DNA from: Promethearchaeota archaeon
Lineage (GTDB): Archaea > Asgardarchaeota > Lokiarchaeia > Sigyniarchaeales > SOKP01
Assembly (NCBI GenBank): GCA_030599585.1
Contig: JAUVNS010000003.1
Location: 32,001-96,000 of the forward strand
DNA length: 64,000 nt
Direction of reading: 5' to 3'
Under the pieces are notes generated by a model. It ran no database searches. It was given only the letters and a program-made list of their open reading frames with translations, and was not told the origin of the DNA. Shown here one piece after another: positions 48,428 to 59,293 of this stretch (position 1 is its first letter; each line of letters opens with the position of its first letter). Both the position numbers and the translations under genes were made by a program.

Positions 48428-50206
48428 ATGAATTTAGAACGAAAAAAGTACAAAAGTTATAAATCGTGGCTCCTTCACCATCTTTACAAAAATAAAATCT
48501 TGATATTTTTTGTTATAATTGGTATTATAATTGTTACTTTTACCAGAACTCTCATACCTATAATTATTGGAGAGATCGTAGATGATGCTCTAATTGCCCT
48601 TGATTACGATAAATTCATAACGCTTCTTATTATCGGGTTAGTAATTTATCTCATCCGTAATGTTATAGATTATTCAACGATGATGACTGGCCACTATTTA
48701 GGTTTGAAAACCGAGCAGAATATGAGGCAGGAGTTTTTTGAGAATATCCAACATAAACCTTTAAGATATCACGATAGTGCTAAAGCTGGGGATTTGCAAG
48801 CCCTCGCGACTAATGATGTACGCATAATCAATGCGATGATTGCCCATGGAGCTTTTTTTTTCTATCCATTCTTTCAGGTGACAATGACTTTAATCCTCAT
48901 TATTACTACTCTAGATTTAAGATTAGCTTTAGTATGTATTCCTTTTGTTTTTTTTTATATATTCTTCATTTTACGTTATCGTAGAAAAATTGCACCGTTT
49001 GCTGCTAAAAGGTTAAGAAAGCATTCAAATTTAGCAGTTGTATTGCAAGATAGCATAACAGGTGCTTCTGTAGTCAGATCTTTTGCTGCGGAAGGTTTTG
49101 AACGAAAAAAATTTAAGAAAGCAGTAAATGCTTTTAGAGATAACTCTATTGGAGAATATTTAGTGCAAGCAAAATATTTTCCCCTGTTAGCTCTTTACAT
49201 ATCTATAGGAATCACGGCTATTTTTAGCATTTTATTTGTATTTCAGAACACATTAACCATTGGAGAATTAGTTGCTACGAATCTGCTTTTAATTACCCTC
49301 GTAGATCCAACTAATCTGATCTGGTGGGCTACTAATGATATGATGAGTGGGTTTGCAGCTTGCTCCCGCGTGTTCACTTCACTTTCTGTTGATGATAACG
49401 AGGATCAAAAAATCGAGAATCAATCATGGCCGAAGGAGTTCAAAGGAAAAATAGAATTTAGAGATGTAACTTTTTCATATGAAAATGGAGAAAGAAATCG
49501 ATCTCCGGTCCTGAAAAACCTCAATTTCACTATCGAACCAAACCAAAAAGTTGCTCTTGTTGGTCCCACAGGGTGTGGCAAAACAACGATCGCAAAATTG
49601 CTCCTCCTCCTTTACGAGCCCCAACAAGGGAGTATTTTCCTAGATGGAAAAAATATTCATGATTATCCCCTAGCAGAATTAAGAAGAAAAATCGGCTATA
49701 TCGAGCAAGACATTTACCTGTTCTCGCAAACTATATATGAAAATATCGCTTTTGGAAACCAAAATGCTGGACACGACGAAATATTGGACATCGCAAAACT
49801 TGCTCAAGTTGATGATTTCGTCCAAAATTTCTCTGATGAATACAATACTATTGTAGGTGAGAGAGGTACGCGACTTTCTGGAGGGGAAAAACAGCGAGTG
49901 GCTATTGCTCGAGCTTTTCTAACTAACCCTGCTATTTTAATACTCGACGATTCTGTTTCTGCGATCGATAGTGAAACGGAGGAGAAGATTGGTCGAGCAA
50001 TGGAAACGATAATGAAGAAACGAACTACTCTAATAATAACTCATCGCCTTCATACTATAAGGACATCAGATAAGATTTTAGTTTTCAAACACGGAAGGAT
50101 TGTAGCTGAAGGAAATCACACAGAACTATTTCAATCGTCTGAAGATTACAGACGAATCTTTGGGAAACGAGATTCTTTATCAGATTTTAAAGTAAATAAC
50201 ACTTGA
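48428..50206 (+). CDS. Heterodimeric ABC exporter subunit (TMD+NBD, degenerate Walker B)
   Basis: TM domain, GPTGCGKT, LSGGEKQR, Walker B LDDS. Confidence 0.93.
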   Translation: MNLERKKYKSYKSWLLHHLYKNKILIFFVIIGIIIVTFTRTLIPIIIGEIVDDALIALDYDKFITLLIIGLVIYLIRNVIDYSTMMTGHYLGLKTEQNMRQEFFENIQHKPLRYHDSAKAGDLQALATNDVRIINAMIAHGAFFFYPFFQVTMTLILIITTLDLRLALVCIPFVFFYIFFILRYRRKIAPFAAKRLRKHSNLAVVLQDSITGASVVRSFAAEGFERKKFKKAVNAFRDNSIGEYLVQAKYFPLLALYISIGITAIFSILFVFQNTLTIGELVATNLLLITLVDPTNLIWWATNDMMSGFAACSRVFTSLSVDDNEDQKIENQSWPKEFKGKIEFRDVTFSYENGERNRSPVLKNLNFTIEPNQKVALVGPTGCGKTTIAKLLLLLYEPQQGSIFLDGKNIHDYPLAELRRKIGYIEQDIYLFSQTIYENIAFGNQNAGHDEILDIAKLAQVDDFVQNFSDEYNTIVGERGTRLSGGEKQRVAIARAFLTNPAILILDDSVSAIDSETEEKIGRAMETIMKKRTTLIITHRLHTIRTSDKILVFKHGRIVAEGNHTELFQSSEDYRRIFGKRDSLSDFKVNNT

Positions 50207-50218
50207 AGAGGTACCATA

Positions 50219-52039
50219 ATGGGACTTTATGCCGGAATGAGGAACGAGGAACAGAAACGAGAATATTCTGATCGTGAACTTTTGGTTAGGTATATCAAGG
50301 GTGTTGCACCGTTTAGGAAAAGCATAGGACTAATTTCATTGTTTATCTTTGTATCTGCTATAGCAGAAACCATAAATCCTCTTTTAATTGGAATTGCAAT
50401 TGACGAACTTTCTGGTAGTCGCCGTAATCCTCTGATTATATTGGGAGTAGGGGGATTGTATTTTATTATAACTATTCTACTTTGGATAATGTTTTTCTTA
50501 CGACGTAAAGAAATTGGAAAGTTTGTTCCTTATTTTTTAGAAAAGCTAAGAATGAACATATTTGATAAACTACAAGAACAAGATATGAGCTTTTTCGATA
50601 AACATCTGAGCGGTCAACTAAATACTAGAGTTTCTAACGATGCTTTAGACTTTGGTAATACAACACTCTTATTAGCAGATACTTTTGGCAACCTTCTTAT
50701 AAGTTTGTTGACCTTTGGAATGCTTGTATGGCTTAATCTGACACTAGCTCTCTATACATTGATAGCTATTCCTTTTATCTTTTTATTAGTTCTATCTCTA
50801 AGGCGAATAGTAAAAATAGTTAGTAGAACGTACCGAAAAGCGATTGGCAGTGTAAATGCCGCTATGGTTGAATCAATTGAAGGAATTCATGTAAGTAAAA
50901 GCTATGGACAGGAATCTACGGTTTCTAGGCAATTTCAAGAAACTAACAGGGAATATTTCAAAGCGGGATTTAGAGTAACTGCCGTAACTCATATGTGGAG
51001 ACCTCTCCTGGAAACAATAGCGTCCATTACGCTCATTGCTATTATTTTTCTTGGAGGTCAATTTGTTTTTCAAGGGATAACTAATCCCGGAACAATTTTT
51101 ATCTTTATTCTTTATCTTCAGAAATTTTTCCGGCCTATAATGGTCCTCTCCGTATTTTTCCCTCACCTTAGCCAAGGAATGGCTGCATATGAGCGAATAT
51201 TAGATGTTATTGATTCAGAGCCAAATGTAAGACAAAATCCAAACGCGATTAATATTGAGACTTTGGAAGGAGAAATTGTTTTCAAAGATATTGACTTCTG
51301 CTATAGAGAAGGTGGGTGGGTATTTAAAGGATTAAGTCTACACATAAAAAAGGGAGAAAAAATAGCTATAGTGGGCCACACCGGGGCTGGGAAAACTTCA
51401 TTAGTATCACTTTTAGCTCGATATTATGAGTTTCAAGGGGGATCGATCAAAATTGATGGTAATGACATTAGGGACATCACTTTAAATTCTTACAGAAGAA
51501 ATCTAGGCAATGTACAGCAAGAGGTTTTTTTGTTTTCAGGTACTATTGAAGAAAATATTCGATACGGCAGACAAGAGGCATCAGAAGAGGATCTTTGGAA
51601 AGCTATTAAAACTGTACACCTTGAGGAACTAATCGAGTATCTACCTGAAGGGTTGCAAACAGTCATCGGTGAGAGAGGAAAAGGACTGTCAGCAGGACAA
51701 CAACAACTAGTTAGTTTTGCTCGAGCAATATTGTCTGATCCGAGGATTCTCGTTCTTGACGAAGCCACCTCGAGCGTTGACGCTTATACCGAAGCGATTA
51801 TTCAAGAGGCTTTAGAGGAGCTTTTATCTAATAGAACCTCTATTATAATAGCTCATAGGCTCTCAACTATCGTGAATGCTGATCGGATAATCGTAATGGA
51901 TAATGGTAAAATTGTTGAAGAGGGAACTCATAAATCTCTGCTCATACAAGGAGGAAAATATGCCACTCTGTATAAACAATATTTTGAACATCAAAGTCTA
52001 GATTGGGAGCCAAATCGTGAGTCTCTTACGATTGAATGA
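50219..52039 (+). CDS. Heterodimeric ABC exporter subunit (TMD+NBD, degenerate signature)
   Basis: TM domain, GHTGAGKT, LSAGQQQ, LDEATSSVD, AHRLST. GAGG SD upstream. Confidence 0.93.
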   Translation: MGLYAGMRNEEQKREYSDRELLVRYIKGVAPFRKSIGLISLFIFVSAIAETINPLLIGIAIDELSGSRRNPLIILGVGGLYFIITILLWIMFFLRRKEIGKFVPYFLEKLRMNIFDKLQEQDMSFFDKHLSGQLNTRVSNDALDFGNTTLLLADTFGNLLISLLTFGMLVWLNLTLALYTLIAIPFIFLLVLSLRRIVKIVSRTYRKAIGSVNAAMVESIEGIHVSKSYGQESTVSRQFQETNREYFKAGFRVTAVTHMWRPLLETIASITLIAIIFLGGQFVFQGITNPGTIFIFILYLQKFFRPIMVLSVFFPHLSQGMAAYERILDVIDSEPNVRQNPNAINIETLEGEIVFKDIDFCYREGGWVFKGLSLHIKKGEKIAIVGHTGAGKTSLVSLLARYYEFQGGSIKIDGNDIRDITLNSYRRNLGNVQQEVFLFSGTIEENIRYGRQEASEEDLWKAIKTVHLEELIEYLPEGLQTVIGERGKGLSAGQQQLVSFARAILSDPRILVLDEATSSVDAYTEAIIQEALEELLSNRTSIIIAHRLSTIVNADRIIVMDNGKIVEEGTHKSLLIQGGKYATLYKQYFEHQSLDWEPNRESLTIE

Positions 52040-52169
52040 ATTTACTCTTAACGAAATTATTTGAATCCACATTTACTTCAATGTTTTTCATTAAATTCAT
52101 CGTAGACTCATGAATCATTAGAATTTCATCATCATCTAGGACTCTAAGCAGATTAAGTTTCTTACTAAA
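52026..52169 (-). pseudogene. N-terminal remnant of a trimethylamine-methyltransferase (MttB) family gene
   Basis: The minus frame reads FSKKLNLLRVLDDDEILMIHESTMNLMKNIEVNVDS..., matching the MttB-family N-terminal pattern (L.VL..DEI..IHE.(S/T)..L...GV.V). It has no usable start and stops after 47 codons. Confidence 0.55.
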
Positions 52170-52255
52170 TCACATCTCAAAATGCATTTATGTAGCTTTT
52201 TTTATATATCAACAAAAAAATGTAAAAATTAAAAAAAAAAACTAATCTTTATTTT

Positions 52256-53677
52256 TTATTTTTTTGCACCGATAATCTTTTCAATTATTAAAACGATAAT
52301 TACAATGAAAGCTATCGGTGGGAAGATTAGGAGAAATAATCTAAAGACTAAAGAATCTGCTATATCTTCTGCAAATACAAACAATAAGCCATCAATAAAA
52401 GTACTAATTAAAGAGAGACAAGTAAATATGAATAAAATATTATTTATTTTATTATTACTTATTTCCTGTAATCTTTCTTTACCTCTGTCATGTAAGTATT
52501 CAAAAACATCTAATTTATCAATGAAGAATTTTTCCATTTCATTGTTCCGCCAACTATCTGAAGATTTATTATAAATAAAATGAGCAAATGGTGCAAGATT
52601 CTGTAAATAATTGGACTTATTTATAGAGTATAATTCCATTTCCATTCTTAATTTGTTTATCCATTGCACGGTTTTCCTAACACGCCGCTTTTGTAAACCT
52701 TGATACGACGCAAGTTGGTTTAAGCGTTTATAGAGAATCTCGTTAAATACTTGAAGTGTACGATATTCAATTTCTAAATATCTTAATATTTCTTTAGCAT
52801 AATTGAACTCTTTAGCATTTAAATCGGCCCATAAGCTATTTCCCCATCCAACATGGACAAAACCCTTTGTACCTTTAGCAAAATTAATCGAACCCTCAGG
52901 ATGGCTGACTTCAATAACACTGCTCATAATACCATCGATTGGTAAGATCTCATCAGAATTAGTTTTATTTCTGACAAGTACTATGTGCCCCCATAAGGGA
53001 ATATCTGATTTTTGAGTATTAAATAATTCTTCATATGTAAGTAAAGGAGTATCAATATTGAGCTCCGTTAAAACCTCTTGAGATGCCTTAAAAACATTTT
53101 TACCAATCATTTCAGTGTCTTTCAATAAATCTGGAAATTGTATAACACTATCCAATAAATCAGCCATGATATCTCTTGGTTCTTTTTCTTCAATGTCTAA
53201 AAATTCTCGCTTGAATTTTAGTTCTACTTTACAATAGATCATTCCGATCCCGTACTCATGAAAACTCATTGTTTGAAAAATAAGTGTAGGAGGAGCACTA
53301 AATATATCTACTCCGATTACATCTAATGGTAAATTATATTTTAGATTAGCTTGAATTGTAATTATACTTTTATCTCTTTGAGTAGCCCCACTTCCACCCG
53401 TGCCTTTAAACAGAAGATCATCAATTTCACCTTGAGTTAATTGTTCATCTTTTTTTAACCAGCTCTTAATACTTTGAGAATAATCTGGATCGTTTTTAAA
53501 TTTCTCAATTATTATTTGGTTTGGATAAATTTTATCTAGTCTTAAGTAGAGATGTTTTCTTGTTTTTTCGTATTTTCCAATTAGAGATGAATAATCTAAT
53601 GTTGTTCTTGAATTGAAAGGAGCAATGACAAAAAATGCATATTTTGATTTATCTATTCTTTCCATTTTTTTCCCCAT
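52256..53677 (-). CDS. Hypothetical protein with two C-terminal TMs (CorA-like topology)
   Basis: A large soluble domain, a long helical stalk and two TMs at the C-terminus. No GMN motif. Confidence 0.7.
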   Translation of the reverse strand: MGKKMERIDKSKYAFFVIAPFNSRTTLDYSSLIGKYEKTRKHLYLRLDKIYPNQIIIEKFKNDPDYSQSIKSWLKKDEQLTQGEIDDLLFKGTGGSGATQRDKSIITIQANLKYNLPLDVIGVDIFSAPPTLIFQTMSFHEYGIGMIYCKVELKFKREFLDIEEKEPRDIMADLLDSVIQFPDLLKDTEMIGKNVFKASQEVLTELNIDTPLLTYEELFNTQKSDIPLWGHIVLVRNKTNSDEILPIDGIMSSVIEVSHPEGSINFAKGTKGFVHVGWGNSLWADLNAKEFNYAKEILRYLEIEYRTLQVFNEILYKRLNQLASYQGLQKRRVRKTVQWINKLRMEMELYSINKSNYLQNLAPFAHFIYNKSSDSWRNNEMEKFFIDKLDVFEYLHDRGKERLQEISNNKINNILFIFTCLSLISTFIDGLLFVFAEDIADSLVFRLFLLIFPPIAFIVIIVLIIEKIIGAKK

Positions 53678-53831
53678 TATAGAAATGTATTCAAAATTAA
53701 TTACTAATAATTATATTTCCGATTACTAAAAGGTTATGGGATAGTAGATTCACTATAATAAAAAGGTTAGAAATTAAAATATTATAAAAATGTTCACCCG
53801 ACTGAATTTCCAAGTAAATTTCTCAATTTAT

Positions 53832-55874
53832 TTAGTTAAAAGTTAATTTTTTTGTGAGTAAATCTTTTTTATTCGAAGAAGCTCCGATGTAAATAGTGTA
53901 TGTAATATTTTCAACCTCCCATGCGTTATTTTCAGGATTATACCAAGCAAAATCTTTTTTCCATACATCAATGGACACAGTCTTTGTTTCCTTAGGTTTC
54001 AACGCTACTCGTTTAAAACCGCGTAAGAGTTTTATAGGGCGATCCACGCTAGAATTCTCAAAACCTACATATAACTGTACAATCTCTTCCCCAGCAATAG
54101 CTCCGATATTAGAAACATCCACGCTAACAATAATTTTTTCCTCGGTTGATTCTACTCGGATATTTTCATATTTGTATTCAGTATAACTCAATCCAAATCC
54201 AAAAGGAAATGCGGGTTCGATATCTTCTTTTTCCATCAAAGTGTATCCATGATAATAACCATATTCAATCTCATCAATATCTATCTTGAAATAAGGTAAA
54301 TGGGCTTGATCTTTAGGAATTGTAAATGGTAGTTTTCCGCTTGGATTGACTTTGCCGAAAAGAATGTTTGCTAATGCGTTTCCTCCTTCCATTCCGGAAT
54401 ACCAAGCCATTAGTATTGAAGGAACTTTTTCTTTCCACTCTTCCATAAGGATCGCGCTCCCTCCAACTAACACAACGACACATTTTTTGTTGACTTTTGC
54501 GACAGCATTGATTAGTTTAATGTCATCCTCTTTTAATCCAAGGATCGTTCGGTCTCCCAATCCTTTCGAAATATGAGGGATATATTCTCCCTCATCCTTA
54601 GATGTATAACCAACAATTAAAACGACAGAATCCACGCTTTGGGCAATCTGTTGAGCCGTATCAATATCTTTACCTTCGTTATGAATTACTTTTACTTTAT
54701 TCCCAACTCTTTTTTTTATCCCTTGGAGGTGAGTAATAATATTTTTTTGGCGAACATGGCTACTTCCATGATCCCCTGTATTTTTCTTATCAATTAAAGG
54801 TCCTAATACTGCTAAAGTTCCTATTTCATCACTATTGAAAGGTAAAAGTTTGTTTTGATTTTTGAGTAGGACCATGCTCTTTTCAGCTACTTCGCGAGAT
54901 AGCAAAACGTGATCATTGCATCCAATTACACCTGAGTCATAATTTTGAGTATCTTTTTTTGTAGTGAATTTTAGTGTCGTTCGTAGTATTCTTCTTACGG
55001 AATCGTCTATGAGGTTTAGAGGAACTTTTCCTAACCTTACTGCTTTTTCTAACTTTCTTCCATAATGTTTAGCACGGGGCATTTCAACATCTAAACCTCC
55101 CGAGATGCCCTTAATAGTATCTCTAAGGCCATTCATCCAATCTGAATGGACAAAACCGTCAAATTCCCATTCGCCCTTTAAAATATCTCTTAATAAATAT
55201 GAGTTGTGACCACAATATTCACCACGGACTTTGTTATAAGCCGACATGACAGTTGCACACCCGTCTTCAATACAACGTTTAAAATGAGGTAAATAAACTT
55301 CTCTTAATGTCCTTTCACTTATCTGGACATTTACTTTAAAACGTGAATATTCTATGCTGTTTGCTGCATAATGTTTAGCAGTAGCCATTACATTGTGCTT
55401 TTGAACTCCACGAATTACCGCAGCTCCAAATTCGCCAATGTGAAATGGATCTTCTCCGAATGTTTCTTGAGCTCTCCCCCAAGCGGGATGGCGTAAAAGA
55501 TTTATGCAAACGCCTCCAAAAAGATTAGCGCCTTGAGCACGGGCTTCCTTCCCAATAACTTCGCCTATTTTTTCTTCAAGCAATATGTCCCATGACGCAC
55601 CTCGAGCCATTGGTACTGGAAAACAGGTAGATCCTGGCATACTGACTCCCTTTGGTCCATCAGTAAATAAAAATGGAGGAATATTTAAACGCTTAACGCC
55701 TCCACCTGGATATGCCCGGACTCCAAACTTATGATCTTTTAATAAAAGCAAATAAAAATTGTTTCCTGACATAGTTGCAACTTTTTCTTTTAGCGTCATT
55801 ATGTCTAATGCTTTATTGACAGCAACATCAATTTTATCATCCGTCATCCCTTTTCTAATATCTAACTTATCCAA
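53832..55874 (-). CDS. Glycoside hydrolase family 3 (beta-glucosidase-like), cytoplasmic
   Basis: DGPKGV, GRAQETFGEDP, KHYAAN, nucleophile SDW, NPSGKLPFT, FGFGLSYT and an Fn3-like C-domain. No signal peptide. Confidence 0.95.
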   Translation of the reverse strand: MDKLDIRKGMTDDKIDVAVNKALDIMTLKEKVATMSGNNFYLLLLKDHKFGVRAYPGGGVKRLNIPPFLFTDGPKGVSMPGSTCFPVPMARGASWDILLEEKIGEVIGKEARAQGANLFGGVCINLLRHPAWGRAQETFGEDPFHIGEFGAAVIRGVQKHNVMATAKHYAANSIEYSRFKVNVQISERTLREVYLPHFKRCIEDGCATVMSAYNKVRGEYCGHNSYLLRDILKGEWEFDGFVHSDWMNGLRDTIKGISGGLDVEMPRAKHYGRKLEKAVRLGKVPLNLIDDSVRRILRTTLKFTTKKDTQNYDSGVIGCNDHVLLSREVAEKSMVLLKNQNKLLPFNSDEIGTLAVLGPLIDKKNTGDHGSSHVRQKNIITHLQGIKKRVGNKVKVIHNEGKDIDTAQQIAQSVDSVVLIVGYTSKDEGEYIPHISKGLGDRTILGLKEDDIKLINAVAKVNKKCVVVLVGGSAILMEEWKEKVPSILMAWYSGMEGGNALANILFGKVNPSGKLPFTIPKDQAHLPYFKIDIDEIEYGYYHGYTLMEKEDIEPAFPFGFGLSYTEYKYENIRVESTEEKIIVSVDVSNIGAIAGEEIVQLYVGFENSSVDRPIKLLRGFKRVALKPKETKTVSIDVWKKDFAWYNPENNAWEVENITYTIYIGASSNKKDLLTKKLTFN

Positions 55875-55944
55875 AAAATCACACCTAAAATTTCAAATGA
55901 TTATAACTTTAATAATTATCATTAAGAATTACTATTTTAATAAC

Positions 55945-57399
55945 TCAATAGAAGAATTTCCATTCATTTCTATCTAAACTAGCGATTAAATTTAAGACAA
56001 GTTTTGCTAAATCGGCATCTCTCTTCATAAGTTCCTTCATTTCCAACATTAGGCTTTCCTCTCCGAACTTAAGAATCGAAAAAGCTGCAAGTTTTTTTAG
56101 ATTTTTATCCTCGAAACTCTGGAGATTTTCTAAGCAAATATTTACTAGTTCTTCGACTTGTAAATCAATAGTCACCTTGAGGATCATCTCTTTCTTTTTC
56201 ATAAGAGCATTTTTTTCATCGGAGGTTTTGGTTGTAGCAAGTTTTAGAATTTTTATGAATTCATTTTTAACATCGTGCCATTGTTCAAGCATTTCTTGGT
56301 TATCATTGAGAGACTCCCGAATAAATTCCAATGACCACTTATCCCCCTCATTTAGTAAATTCACGATCAATTCTTGGTCGATGAGATTTGATTCTTGCAT
56401 GTCATTAATGAGACTTCCATCAACGATCTGAAAATTTCTTACGTTTTCAATGATTATCTTCTCCCAATTCTCAATTTTATCCTTTAGTACCAAAATTGCC
56501 TTTAAAATTTCTGCTATGAAATTAGGATTTTTACTTTCCTCCAATTTTTTTAAGATAATTGATACTAACTTGTCGTTATTGTAATATCTCTTCGCAATGA
56601 GATATAATGAACCATATGGATATCTTAAAGAATTTATAAATTCGAGAGTTTCTTCTTCAAGTGAAAGTCCTAATATCGCACCAACCCTAAATATATTTTC
56701 TTGAAGTAATTTTACATTTTTTAAGAATTCTTGGTCTGTAATCTTGTCTTCATTTATTTGAGTTAGGTAGGATTTAAAGAGACTTGTAACTTCATTTAAT
56801 TTGATAACATCTCCTTCTTGAGAAAGGTTTTCGAACGATTTAACCATTTGATTTTTGAGATGAAAGTCCCTTATGCTTGTGTTATTAGAGAGTCTTAAAA
56901 TTAACGATTCTACATCTGGGGCAGCAGTTTTAGAAACTACATTTTCAATCAAATCAGAAACCACATCGTCTGTCACTTTATCAAAAGATAGACAATACTC
57001 AAAAGCGGGTTTGAAGCTTAACCTTTTGTTTAATTCACATATCCTTCTAACATGGTGTTCACGTAATGAGGTTCGAAGTTCAATTGAATCACCATAATAG
57101 CTAATTTCTCTACTATCATTTAAAAGGTCTAATATTATCTTCTGAATTTTTGTTATTCTCTCCTCTTCATATACCGAAGTTTCCTCCAAAATATGATGCA
57201 AACCTAGAAAACTCCACGCTCTTAAAACTACTTCGTTAGTATTAAAAAGCTCGAACAATAGATTGAAATCTTTTCTGTTAACTAGAGGCTTGAAGATATT
57301 TTTATAGGTCGATGTTAAATTTGCTTTTGGACTTTGTTCAACTGGGGAATATCCCTTCCTCAATTTATCAATAATTCTTTGGTTGAATGAACTACTCAT
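55945..57399 (-). CDS. Hypothetical all-alpha (HEAT/ARM-like) protein
   Basis: Long ORF with amphipathic helical repeats (NEVVLRAWSFLGL, LKKLAAFSIL). Confidence 0.7.
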   Translation of the reverse strand: MSSSFNQRIIDKLRKGYSPVEQSPKANLTSTYKNIFKPLVNRKDFNLLFELFNTNEVVLRAWSFLGLHHILEETSVYEEERITKIQKIILDLLNDSREISYYGDSIELRTSLREHHVRRICELNKRLSFKPAFEYCLSFDKVTDDVVSDLIENVVSKTAAPDVESLILRLSNNTSIRDFHLKNQMVKSFENLSQEGDVIKLNEVTSLFKSYLTQINEDKITDQEFLKNVKLLQENIFRVGAILGLSLEEETLEFINSLRYPYGSLYLIAKRYYNNDKLVSIILKKLEESKNPNFIAEILKAILVLKDKIENWEKIIIENVRNFQIVDGSLINDMQESNLIDQELIVNLLNEGDKWSLEFIRESLNDNQEMLEQWHDVKNEFIKILKLATTKTSDEKNALMKKKEMILKVTIDLQVEELVNICLENLQSFEDKNLKKLAAFSILKFGEESLMLEMKELMKRDADLAKLVLNLIASLDRNEWKFFY

Positions 57400-57554
57400 A
57401 TGGCTTCAATATTTGGAATTTACTTCTATTTTAATTAAATTTTCTACTCAAAGAAAATATAATTATAATTTTAATACTTAACATACCGAATTTTTATTTA
57501 ACATTGTGATTTTAGACTAAATAGCTCTGTTTTAAATAAAAAGTATTGATAAAA

Positions 57555-58805
57555 ATGTTTGATAATAATTACATGTATAAATTTATTGAAGATATTTGTA
57601 ATGACATTGGTCCTCGGGAATCAGGAACAGAACAGGAAATATTAGCGGGCAACAAAATAGAATTAGAATTGAAAAAATTTTGCGATGAAACGCACCAAGA
57701 ATCATACATCAGTAGTCCTCACGCTTTTTTGGGAGGAATAAGGTACGGAGCACTTATTGTATTTATTGCTGGGGTCTTTTTTTGGGTATCGTTGTTAGGT
57801 GATCTTAGTGTCATTAATCTAAATCCCGTATTTGATATCTTTTTCCTAGTCTTAGCAGTAATTCTTATCGGAGTTACGATAAGCTATTTTATTCTTGAAG
57901 TGATGAAATATCACGAAACTTTTGACTTTCTCTTTCCTAAACGCGAATCAAATAACGTAATTGGAACTATCAATCCAAAGAATGAAGTGAAAAACACAGT
58001 TATTTTCTCTGCCCATCACGATTCAGCATTCGAATTTAATACCTTTTACTATTTGAAGCGATTTGGACAACTTATAATTAATATAGGATATTTAGGGGTT
58101 GCAATCATTTTCGTTGCTATAATACTAAAGTTGATCTTCTTCGTATTAGGGATTGCTCAACCCATTCTCTTTATGGTTTTTGGAATTATTTTTATTTTTT
58201 TCATTCCTATCATTTTAGTTTATGTTTTTTTCCATAGCTATAAACCTGTGCTCGGTGCGTTCGACAACCTTTCTGCGGTTGCTATCCTATTAGGAATCGC
58301 AAAATTCTTGTCAGAGAATAAAACTAACAGCGAAATATTCCCAAAATACACTAGAGTTCACTTAATTTCTTTCGCTGGTGAAGAAGCCGGTTTAAGAGGC
58401 GCTAAACGATATTTAAAAGCACACTATGACGAATTGGTATCAAATCAAACTACAATTGTTAATATGGATAGTATAGCTAAAAAAGATTTCATCGTAATCC
58501 ATAATAAAGAATCAGGGATAGGTGCTAAACACGATCCACTAGTATTTGAACCCCTCTTAGATATAGCTGAGAACTTGAATCTTAACCCAAAAATATTAGC
58601 GCTCCCGTTTGGCGCAACTGATGGAGCAGTCTTTAGCATGAAGAATATTCCTGCTGCCTCAATAGGTGGATTAAATTTAAAAGAAGAACTAGCGCCTTAC
58701 TATCATACTAGAAACGATACTCCTGCTGTGATTGAAAAAGAAGCGCTAGGTCAATTTGCTCAAGTTTGTGTCGAGTATCTAAAGCTCATAGACAGCAAAA
58801 GCTAA
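57555..58805 (+). CDS. Membrane-embedded M28 metallopeptidase
   Basis: GPRESGT, AHHDS, GAFDNLS, GEEAG, NMDS, TD, YYHTRND, with four TM helices inserted. Confidence 0.9.
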   Translation: MFDNNYMYKFIEDICNDIGPRESGTEQEILAGNKIELELKKFCDETHQESYISSPHAFLGGIRYGALIVFIAGVFFWVSLLGDLSVINLNPVFDIFFLVLAVILIGVTISYFILEVMKYHETFDFLFPKRESNNVIGTINPKNEVKNTVIFSAHHDSAFEFNTFYYLKRFGQLIINIGYLGVAIIFVAIILKLIFFVLGIAQPILFMVFGIIFIFFIPIILVYVFFHSYKPVLGAFDNLSAVAILLGIAKFLSENKTNSEIFPKYTRVHLISFAGEEAGLRGAKRYLKAHYDELVSNQTTIVNMDSIAKKDFIVIHNKESGIGAKHDPLVFEPLLDIAENLNLNPKILALPFGATDGAVFSMKNIPAASIGGLNLKEELAPYYHTRNDTPAVIEKEALGQFAQVCVEYLKLIDSKS

Positions 58806-58842
58806 TTCAATTTTAATTTCATTTCTACTTTATTTTTATTTT

Positions 58843-59241
58843 TTAATAGAGGAAAATTAATTTACGAATATAATCTTCCATTTTTTCCAAGATCACATTA
58901 AAATTAGATTGGTAATCTAAATCAAAGACTAAGAAAGTTTTCTCGTCACATTCAGTAATAACAATAGTCTGAGTTCCTAACTCTGCGATTATTTTAGTTG
59001 CTTTTCTATCTCCCATTGTACGGCCTAGACTAATTGCACTTTCTAAGACCGATGCGCACATAGATGTAAAGTTATTAAAATCAATTTCTTCTTTAAAATT
59101 TTCCGCAATAAGACCTCCGTCGCGGTATGCGAATAATACACCTAATAGGTTTCCATTATCTTTAATTAAGTTCATAATTTGCGTTAATTTTTTAACTTTT
59201 TCAGTTTTTGGAAGTTCTAACCCATCCATATTTAACTTCAT
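58843..59241 (-). CDS. Roadblock/LC7 (MglB/LAMTOR-like) protein
   Basis: GVLFAYRDGGLIAE, SMCASVLESA, then a beta-meander and C-terminal helix. Confidence 0.88.
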   Translation of the reverse strand: MKLNMDGLELPKTEKVKKLTQIMNLIKDNGNLLGVLFAYRDGGLIAENFKEEIDFNNFTSMCASVLESAISLGRTMGDRKATKIIAELGTQTIVITECDEKTFLVFDLDYQSNFNVILEKMEDYIRKLIFLY

Positions 59242-59293
59242 ACTCAGTTTTCAATAGATAATTTAATTAATGAGACTTAAAATTTTAATATAT

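Noticed and set aside
48428-52039. The degenerate ATPase motifs in the ABC pair as a novelty
   Set aside because: One consensus and one degenerate site is the standard TM287/288-type heterodimer arrangement.
52170-52175. The in-frame ATG-TGA before the MttB-like remnant as selenocysteine recoding
   Set aside because: The frame stops after 47 codons and I could not identify a SECIS-like hairpin. GATGTGAT more likely reflects an SD-like sequence.
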